IMG/VR virus record: IMGVR_UViG_3300006145_000002
Source of the DNA: an uncultured virus (IMG/VR IMGVR_UViG_3300006145_000002)
Lineage: Duplodnaviria > Heunggongvirae > Uroviricota > Caudoviricetes
Strand: one strand, 5' to 3'
Length of the DNA stretch: 64,000 nucleotides
Positions within the stretch are counted from its first letter, which is position 1. Each line of letters opens with the position of its first letter. Both the position numbers and the translations under genes were made by a program. Positions 31,616 to 37,977 of the stretch are shown here, piece after piece. The notes beneath the pieces are model-generated. The model was not told the DNA's origin and ran no database searches. It saw only the letters and a list, made by a program, of their open reading frames with translations.

Positions 31616-31708
31616 CCACAATAGGCCGAGCGACACTTCGGCATCTCCTTTTCGCCAGTACGCACAATCTGGCATGGTGATAGCTGCCCATTCTATCCTC
31701 TATTGTGG
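31616..31708 (-). ncRNA. 93-nt four-way-junction RNA of unknown family
   Basis: 9-bp closing stem CCACAATAG/CTATTGTGG enclosing three perfect 5-bp hairpins. Confidence 0.55.
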
Positions 31709-31826
31709 TATTGCTGTCTAAAACAATTACTTTTCAATGTGCCTTGTCAAGTCATATTGTAACTCCAGCAACAAAGTTTGTTATAGCAAAGAAAGGGAGA
31801 ACATCACACCGCTTACCCAAGGCGGC

Positions 31827-31912
31827 TGGTACGGGAGAAGGGGATCGAACCCTCACGACCACAGGCCAGCGGATTTTAAGTCCGCATCGTCTACCAATTC
31901 CGACACTCCCGC
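31827..31912 (-). tRNA. tRNA-Leu(UAA)
   Basis: GCGGGAG acceptor, GCGGA-CTTAAAA-TCCGC, long variable arm, CCA. Confidence 0.93.
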
Positions 31913-31923
31913 ATATAAACTAT

Positions 31924-32154
31924 TTACTCATCCCAAGGAACAAGATCATACAAATCAACTGGCGAATTTGCTATTCTAACCTTTACAAATCCTTTATCAA
32001 CAACTTTCCATAAAGTAAATTTCATCTTTTCTACATTCTGGCTGATCTGATATTTCTGACCAGATTTTGTCATACATAACACGCCAGCACCATTATCAGA
32101 TGTAGGAATATTTTTTACAATCTTTTCAGTTATTTCTTCTGCTTTCTTTCTCAT
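31924..32154 (-). CDS. hypothetical protein in tRNA island
   Basis: 76 aa, SD AGGTAGG. Confidence 0.55.
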   Translation of the reverse strand: MRKKAEEITEKIVKNIPTSDNGAGVLCMTKSGQKYQISQNVEKMKFTLWKVVDKGFVKVRIANSPVDLYDLVPWDE

Positions 32155-32175
32155 AAAGTACCTACCTTAAAAATA

Positions 32176-32249
32176 TGGCAGGGGTAGTAGGAATCGAACC
32201 TACGATCAAGGAGTCAAAGTCCCCAGCCTTACCGCTTGGTTATACCCCT
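32176..32249 (-). tRNA. tRNA-Gln(UUG)
   Basis: AGGGGTA/TACCCCT acceptor, GGGGA-CTTTGAC-TCCTT, GCCA end. Confidence 0.92.
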
Positions 32250-32256
32250 ATATAAA

Positions 32257-32323
32257 ATCCCGCTGCGTTGCAAGCCACCTTCACGTCACAGTGAAATGCA
32301 CTAAGACCATTATAATACGGGAT
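32257..32323 (-). pseudogene. degenerate tRNA (His GUG-like)
   Basis: ATCCCG/CGGGAT acceptor-like stem, AATGGT D-loop, TTCAC-TGTGAC-GTGAA arm, degenerate T arm, no CCA. Confidence 0.5.
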
Positions 32324-32324
32324 A

Positions 32325-32400
32325 TGGAGACATTGGTGGGATTTGAACCCACGATCATAGTTTTGCGGACTATTGCCTTACCAATCTTGGCTACAATGTC
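32325..32400 (-). tRNA. tRNA-Cys(GCA), C at position 33
   Basis: GACATTG/CAATGTC acceptor, ATAGT-CCGCAAA-ACTAT, TCCA end. Confidence 0.9.
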
Positions 32401-32429
32401 ATGTCCTGATTATTCAGGACTATTTAATT

Positions 32430-32570
32430 ACTTGAGATTCCGCATAGTCGATTGAAGCCGCTTTCCCTTGGCTTCTTCACCTCCCGGCATTTACAGTCCA
32501 AAGAATTTCTCCACCTCCACGCAAATGCGCCCTTTGTTCAACCCGGCGCACTCTGCTGACCACAGAGTTT
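32430..32570 (-). ncRNA. putative structured RNA between tRNA-Leu and tRNA-Cys
   Basis: GC-rich non-coding stretch with hairpins ACTCTG/CAGAGT, TGCGCC/GGCGCA, GAAGCC/GGCTTC. Confidence 0.4.
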
Positions 32571-32578
32571 TCTTTATT

Positions 32579-32665
32579 TGGTGCTGGTAGTGGGACTTGA
32601 ACCCACACGGTATTGCTACCAACAGATTTTGAGTCTGCCACGTCTGCCAATTCCATCATACCAGC
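32579..32665 (-). tRNA. tRNA-Leu(CAA)
   Basis: GCTGGTA/TACCAGC acceptor, GCAGA-CTCAAAA-TCTGT, long variable arm, CCA. Confidence 0.93.
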
Positions 32666-32668
32666 ATA

Positions 32669-32902
32669 TTATTTCTTTTTATACATCTCATAAGCCTTCT
32701 TATAAGGAATATTTTGATCCATCAATTCACGATAACACTGAATACAAAAATCAACTTCATCCGTATCTGGTTTTGCTGTAGTCATAATTCCAGTATGTTG
32801 ACAATCTGCGCCACAACGATCACATTTTTGTTCCCATGACCACCATTTACCATCGTTACGACAATTCCCTTTAAAATCCGTTTGCTTAATATTGTATTTC
32901 AT
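32669..32902 (-). CDS. small Zn-ribbon hypothetical protein
   Basis: CDRCG...CIQC; start moved to ATG 32902 after SD GGAGG. Confidence 0.6.
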   Translation of the reverse strand: MKYNIKQTDFKGNCRNDGKWWSWEQKCDRCGADCQHTGIMTTAKPDTDEVDFCIQCYRELMDQNIPYKKAYEMYKKK

Positions 32903-32925
32903 TTCTATCCTCCATACCGAAACAT

Positions 32926-33010
32926 TTAAAGGGTGAGACTCGAACTCACGCACCATTTCTGGCCTAATAGATTAGCAATCTATCCTCTTCACCAGCTTGA
33001 GTACCTTACC
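32926..33010 (-). pseudogene. tRNA-Ser(GCU) with damaged 3' acceptor strand
   Basis: Intact D, anticodon (ATAGA-TTGCTAA-TCTAT), variable and T arms; 5' GGTAAGG faces CCTTTAA and there is no CCA. Confidence 0.75.
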
Positions 33011-33013
33011 ATT

Positions 33014-33081
33014 GACACCCATTTGGTTTTCAGTAGAGCATCTGGTAGCCTTCGCCTACTACCACTGGCTGAAACCTTGTC
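33014..33081 (-). ncRNA. putative structured RNA
   Basis: Nested stems GACA/TGTC, TTTCAG/CTGAAA, TGGTAG/CTACCA. Confidence 0.35.
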
Positions 33082-33128
33082 TTTATATACCGTAGGACAG
33101 CATTGACGGTTTAGGAATTTAATTCCTA

Positions 33129-33207
33129 TGGTTGCGGAGATGGGATTTGAACCCATGATTTCCAACTTATGAGGATGGCGAGATAGACCAGACTTCTCTA
33201 CTCCGCA
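33129..33207 (-). tRNA. tRNA-Met(CAU), initiator-like body
   Basis: TGCGGAG/CTCCGCA acceptor, A11:U24, CCATC-CTCATAA-GTTGG anticodon arm, ACCA end. Confidence 0.88.
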
Positions 33208-33214
33208 ATATATA

Positions 33215-33286
33215 AAGCAAGCGGTGGTTTATGGGCTATATGACGAGAACACCACAAAACTTTCATATCCCCGTATGCACTTGCTT
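33215..33286 (-). ncRNA. putative pseudoknotted RNA
   Basis: AAGCAAG/CTTGCTT closing stem, ATATGA/TCATAT stem, loop GTGGT complementary to downstream ACCAC. Confidence 0.4.
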
Positions 33287-33291
33287 ATTTA

Positions 33292-34041
33292 CTAATCAGT
33301 TAATTTCAAAAGAATTTTTGCATGAGTTGAATCAGACAATGTAAATCCAAAATCTTTCCAAACTTGATCCCTAAGAAACGGAAGTGTATAATGTTCAAAA
33401 TATACAACCTCATACTTTGTAGGAATCTTACTCAAAAATTCTTCAATGCTATGTGGGAAGTAATTTTCTCTAACTTCACGATCCCAATTTTCCACATAAC
33501 GATAAGTCAATAGGTAATGCAAAAAATTTTTGTTACTGGTCAACCCCCCATTAAAAGCCTCAAACTCTGAAATCTTATCAGGATTTTCACGCTGAAGAAC
33601 TTTTGCTAAAGAAATAGGATTGGTTGGATGACAAGAATGTTTAGAATAAAACATATCTCGAATTGCAATATATGTTGCTCCACTATCAAAAATGTTTCGA
33701 TAATCCCATTCAACATCGGGCGAATACGCATGAATTTCATGGAATACAGATGAAGCATTTAAAACAGTATTATGTAAGTTCGATTTCGGATCAGTTGAAA
33801 GAAGATCGGCATTAGGAACATTTCGCTTGGCAATATCAATCATTTCCTGACTAATATCATATCCATCTAATTTCATACTCGGACAGATTTCGCCAACCAT
33901 TTTTAACAGCGATCCATCTGCGCAACCATAATCGTAAATGGTACTTATGTTGCCATCAATCTTATCCAAAAACCAAATCTTATCCAGCATACTTTTTCGC
34001 ATTCCATCATTGTAAACATTCATATTTGCAATCGGAGTCAT
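33292..34041 (-). CDS. class I SAM-dependent methyltransferase
   Basis: IYDYGCADG motif I, GYDISQEMI motif II, SSVFHEI. Confidence 0.8.
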   Translation of the reverse strand: MTPIANMNVYNDGMRKSMLDKIWFLDKIDGNISTIYDYGCADGSLLKMVGEICPSMKLDGYDISQEMIDIAKRNVPNADLLSTDPKSNLHNTVLNASSVFHEIHAYSPDVEWDYRNIFDSGATYIAIRDMFYSKHSCHPTNPISLAKVLQRENPDKISEFEAFNGGLTSNKNFLHYLLTYRYVENWDREVRENYFPHSIEEFLSKIPTKYEVVYFEHYTLPFLRDQVWKDFGFTLSDSTHAKILLKLTD

Positions 34042-34067
34042 TTTACATCTACCTTTTCATTTGATTT

Positions 34068-34142
34068 TGGTAGGGCGTATGGGAGTCGAACCCATGTTTC
34101 TGGCGTGAAAGGCCAGCGTCTTTACCGCTTGACTAACGCCCC
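34068..34142 (-). tRNA. tRNA-Glu(UUC)
   Basis: GGGGCGT/ACGCCCT acceptor, CTGGC-CTTTCAC-GCCAG, CCA. Confidence 0.93.
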
Positions 34143-34207
34143 GTTTTATTGAATAAACTGTTATTCACTTTTAGATCATTGTCAGTTCCTTGCTCCTGAC
34201 ATTATTT

Positions 34208-34236
34208 ATTATAGTTGAATATACCGTTATTGTCAA
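34208..34236 (-). promoter_or_regulatory. consensus sigma-A promoter for the tRNA island
   Basis: TTGACA-17 bp-TATAAT; the spacer is the 17-bp repeated motif. Confidence 0.85.
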
Positions 34237-34268
34237 GGGGTATTTTAAATTTTGTTTCAAAAAATTTT

Positions 34269-34343
34269 TGGTGGGAGAAAAAGGACTCGAACCCTTTCCC
34301 TTTGAGCTTCAACCAAATGCTCTACCTGTTAAGCTATTCTCCC
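34269..34343 (-). tRNA. tRNA-Phe(GAA), G37-C38
   Basis: GGGAGAA/TTCTCCC acceptor, TTTGG-TTGAAGC-TCAAA, CCA. Confidence 0.85.
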
Positions 34344-34377
34344 ATACCGGGCAGGAGTGGTGATCCTCCTGCACCAA

Positions 34378-34650
34378 TTATTTAACGCAATCTGTCAGAG
34401 AATTGCCGGGACGAATTTTTACAAAATCATGTGCTGGAATAACTTTCCTATCTTTTGTTCCAAATCCATGCCCAACATACTCTTTCTTTTCTCTGCGTTC
34501 AATCTTCATAAACCCATATAATGAAACAGAATCACCATTACGAATTGCATTTACAATCGCTGCCTCATATGCGTCCATAAAAGTTGCAACATCCTTTTTA
34601 GATTGCTCCGTCCTGCTTGCAATATCTGAGATCAATTCATTTCTATTCAT
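34378..34650 (-). CDS. HU-family DNA-binding protein
   Basis: MNRNELISDIA...GDSVSLYGFMK...IPA...PG..L HU fold pattern. Confidence 0.85.
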   Translation of the reverse strand: MNRNELISDIASRTEQSKKDVATFMDAYEAAIVNAIRNGDSVSLYGFMKIERREKKEYVGHGFGTKDRKVIPAHDFVKIRPGNSLTDCVK

Positions 34651-34658
34651 ATATCACC

Positions 34659-35846
34659 TCACAATTTAATCGCATATTCAATAGCTTTGCCTTTGCCTTT
34701 TTCAAAGACAAGAAAAGTGGCTCCAGCATTTGAGGTTTTATGAATAGACAAAGAATAATCATCAACACCAATAATACTTGGAACATTAATTACTTCCTGA
34801 TTAATACCAACAGTCTCACTACGAGAATGATGTTTATGACCAGCAATCAAAAAGTCAAGCTGAACACGATATATCTGCGAAAAATCTTTAATAGCCTGTT
34901 CCATACTTTTTACTTCACCATGAATACCAAGTAACTTATACCCAAGAATATCAGCATAAATGTATCCTGTTGGATTCTTAGTAAATGTAAAATTAGGGTT
35001 GTTCGCAAGCCTTGTAGCAATAATTGATTCTACCACAAGACTCATATTTTCTTTGGTAAACGTCCCTTTAGGCTGACCAAGCATACGTAGTTCTGTATGA
35101 TTTCCGTTAGTGGTTTGAAACTCGACCTCAACGTACTTACTTAATTCATTTAGCCAATTTGAAATAAATTCCGCATATCGAACAGTTCCTTCTACTACGC
35201 CATACCGAAGCTGCATCAACTGTTTAACTCGTAATAAACCATCCTCAAAATCACCCAATGAAAATACATGAATTCTTGAAAATCCTTCTTTTCTAACAAT
35301 AGAAATAGTTTGATCTAACAAACTCCACATTCTATTTTCAAATATTTCAGGACTATAAGAATTAATTACCTCATTATTGAGGCCACGAATTTCAAATTCA
35401 GTACCGTAATGTTCATCACCAAACAGCAACACCCCTTCTCTGTCAGACAATTCTGTATGAATTGGTTCAGGAATCACTAAAGGTTCCAACTGTGCAACTG
35501 CTTGACAAATATGTTCTACAATTAATTCATCACGAGCATTCTCACGCAGCCAACGATTTAATTCTAACTTTTCAGTTTGAACTTTATAGCGTTCTTTTCG
35601 TAATTCACGCATCTGAACAGTTGCTTCAGTAGGAGTGACAGCAGAACTTTCCAGCGGATTTTTAATCCAACCAGCTTCTAAATACTCATAAAACAATTTT
35701 GCTCCCTTACGAATTGTATCACGGTGTTCATCATCACCTGTATATTCAGCACGTAAATCCGCTATATCCTGCCATTCAATAGCAGGATCAGTCAAACGTT
35801 GAGAGAGCAAATCAAACTGTCGGCTTAAAAACTCTGTTTGTTCCAA
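34659..35846 (-). CDS. calcineurin-like metallophosphoesterase (YonJ-like)
   Basis: DEHYG, LGD, GNH, HG, GHKH motifs. Confidence 0.85.
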   Translation of the reverse strand: MEQTEFLSRQFDLLSQRLTDPAIEWQDIADLRAEYTGDDEHRDTIRKGAKLFYEYLEAGWIKNPLESSAVTPTEATVQMRELRKERYKVQTEKLELNRWLRENARDELIVEHICQAVAQLEPLVIPEPIHTELSDREGVLLFGDEHYGTEFEIRGLNNEVINSYSPEIFENRMWSLLDQTISIVRKEGFSRIHVFSLGDFEDGLLRVKQLMQLRYGVVEGTVRYAEFISNWLNELSKYVEVEFQTTNGNHTELRMLGQPKGTFTKENMSLVVESIIATRLANNPNFTFTKNPTGYIYADILGYKLLGIHGEVKSMEQAIKDFSQIYRVQLDFLIAGHKHHSRSETVGINQEVINVPSIIGVDDYSLSIHKTSNAGATFLVFEKGKGKAIEYAIKL

Positions 35847-35883
35847 CTGTTATCACTCCCTTCTGAGGGCAAATATTTTACCC

Positions 35884-36066
35884 TTAATCTTCGCTTGCAG
35901 AATCATCACCCTTTGCATCTGCGTCAGGGGCATAATCCATACACTCTTCCATTGTCAGTGTAATCATCATATCTTTCTTTGCGCTTTCATGAAACTTCAT
36001 CAGAGGCTTCAACTTTTCGCAAACCATATAGTGATCACAGCGTTCACACATAAAATTATTAATCAT
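35884..36066 (-). CDS. small Cys-rich hypothetical protein
   Basis: CERCDH..VC...C; SD GAGG. Confidence 0.55.
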   Translation of the reverse strand: MINNFMCERCDHYMVCEKLKPLMKFHESAKKDMMITLTMEECMDYAPDADAKGDDSASED

Positions 36067-36098
36067 AATATCATTCCTCTCTATTGAATATATAGTTA

Positions 36099-36926
36099 TT
36101 AGTCAAGCAAATCAGCCATTGCAGCCGTTTCACTTCGTTCTGTCTTGAGCAATTTTACATAACCAAAACGTTTATGCCCCTTGAGCCGATCCACAGCAAT
36201 CATAAGCCCATTGTTTTCAGCAAATGTTTTATGATCTGTCTGTTTATAGTCACCGTTTAACCAAAGAGCAGAACCATCACCAACACGGCCTAAAAGAAGC
36301 TGAACGTGTTCCTTCGTCATATTCTCAGCTTCGCTACACATGATAATCGTATGCTTAATATCACGTCCACGAATAAAACCTAAGTGTTCAACCTCGACCT
36401 TGCCTTCATCCATTAATGATTCAAGTCCGTCAACTCCGCCAACATGATCTGCCAGCGGCATTGCAAACGGTAACAGCTTATCAAACGCATCACCCGGCAA
36501 AAATCCAAGTGGCTTAGAATTTTTGACCTCAACATTATTCCGAACCCACATAATCCTATCATACTTTCCCTGCAACACTAAATCCAGTGCTGCTGATGCC
36601 ATAAGATAGTCTTTACCTGATCCAAAGCAACCAGATAGAATTTTTACCGTAATATCATCATTATAAAGCAAATCCATAGCAAGTCGCTGTTGGGGATTTC
36701 TTGGCTTAATATTTCCAGTATAAGAATTCTTGATTGCCTTGTAAGCAACAGGAACATATGTAGAACCATTCCATTGATAAAAGTCCTTAACCTGACCCTC
36801 AATGTCATAAATCAAAACATATTCATTTTGCAGACAATCGAAAATGTTATCGTTACGATTTCCATAGAAATCATTTAAGCGTGAATCATCACACATAATT
36901 TCCTGAAATCCACGGTATTCATCCAT
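36099..36926 (-). CDS. phoH: PhoH-family ATPase
   Basis: PRNPQQ, GCFGSGKD, LPGD, FIRGR, EAEN, LGRVG, GD..QTD, RS motifs. Confidence 0.9.
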   Translation of the reverse strand: MDEYRGFQEIMCDDSRLNDFYGNRNDNIFDCLQNEYVLIYDIEGQVKDFYQWNGSTYVPVAYKAIKNSYTGNIKPRNPQQRLAMDLLYNDDITVKILSGCFGSGKDYLMASAALDLVLQGKYDRIMWVRNNVEVKNSKPLGFLPGDAFDKLLPFAMPLADHVGGVDGLESLMDEGKVEVEHLGFIRGRDIKHTIIMCSEAENMTKEHVQLLLGRVGDGSALWLNGDYKQTDHKTFAENNGLMIAVDRLKGHKRFGYVKLLKTERSETAAMADLLD

Positions 36927-36939
36927 ATCCTAACCACCT

Positions 36940-37578
36940 TTACAGAATTTCGTCAAGGCTACAATCCTCGCCAATAATATAGTCGCAGAATCCCTTCTCC
37001 TTGGCCTCATCTGCAAACAAATACCACTCAACACGAAGTTTGCTATCATATTCCTCAGACGTAATCTTGCTTCTGGACAAAACATATGCCTTAATTCTCT
37101 GCTCAATGCGCTTATTAAATTCCATTTGATCTTGCGCCTTTGCACCAGAATTAATAACAAAATTTGTTCCATCGTGCATCAAAAACTTAGCTGTCTTAGA
37201 CGCATAACGCTTGTGTCCTGCAAGGCCAATCAAGAATCCCATAGAATACTGATAACCAAGATTAATTGTGTAAACAGGTGTCTTGCTTTGGAGAATTACA
37301 TCAACCAGTTCAAACCCCGGATCAATAGAACCGCCATTAGAAGAACAATACAGTAGAATTGGCTTACGATCCTCAACAGGTTTACCCTTATCATCTGCAT
37401 TATACTGGAGGATATGTCGTACCACATTATCAATGACACATTCATCAATATCTTCATTAAGATACAGCTTTCTATTTTGCAAATTACGCAAATAGAAAAG
37501 TTCGTCAACCCCCCAAGATTTCAGAACTGCCCCTTCATCGAAGCTGCAATCAATATCATAAAACCCACGCTGGCTCAT
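36940..37578 (-). CDS. ClpP-like protease
   Basis: PILLYCSSNGGS, YSMG (Ser), FLMHDG (His), EWYLFADEAKEKGFCDYI; start moved to ATG 37578 after SD GGAGGTG. Confidence 0.85.
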   Translation of the reverse strand: MSQRGFYDIDCSFDEGAVLKSWGVDELFYLRNLQNRKLYLNEDIDECVIDNVVRHILQYNADDKGKPVEDRKPILLYCSSNGGSIDPGFELVDVILQSKTPVYTINLGYQYSMGFLIGLAGHKRYASKTAKFLMHDGTNFVINSGAKAQDQMEFNKRIEQRIKAYVLSRSKITSEEYDSKLRVEWYLFADEAKEKGFCDYIIGEDCSLDEIL

Positions 37579-37591
37579 AAATCCACCTCCA

Positions 37592-37813
37592 TTAATGACG
37601 GTATCTGTGCTTATTACGCTCACGTTCCTTATCAATCTGCTTGCAGATTGTAGCTGCTGCATAGTTACTATCAACAATCAACTGCAAATACTTTTCGGCT
37701 TCTGGCAGATAATAGTGATGCCGCTTACTTTTCTGGATACAGGTTCTTACGATCTCTGCATGAGGGAACACCTCACGCACACGCTCCGATTCTGCCTTAG
37801 TAATAGAAATCAA
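37592..37813 (-). CDS. hypothetical protein
   Basis: TTG start with SD AAAGGA; MISITKAESERVR...KRHHYY. Confidence 0.55.
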   Translation of the reverse strand: MISITKAESERVREVFPHAEIVRTCIQKSKRHHYYLPEAEKYLQLIVDSNYAAATICKQIDKERERNKHRYRH

Positions 37814-37977
37814 ATTATTCAGTCCTTTACAATAAATTTTTGAGTACAGAAAACCACCCAATTTGGGACTTTTGTGTTCTATCCCTTCTGCCCATTTAGC
37901 AAATCATAAAACTTCCCCAAATTGGGGACATTTTTAACTTGTAATAATAATTTTTGACGAATTTGAATTCGCCGTTT

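Noticed and set aside
31780..31826. Possible theta (HDV-like) ribozyme starting at the G right after tRNA-Leu CCA
   Set aside because: Only a simple hairpin (GCCGC...GCGGT) is evident; the nested double pseudoknot could not be built.
31494..32781. ORF-track calls overlapping tRNAs (31494-31691, 31705-32013, 32477-32659, 32578-32781)
   Set aside because: They overlap clear tRNA genes or structured RNA.
34347..34375. GGATCACC...CTCCT resembling the 16S rRNA 3' end
   Set aside because: Short match inside a hairpin after the HU gene; most simply a terminator or processing stem.
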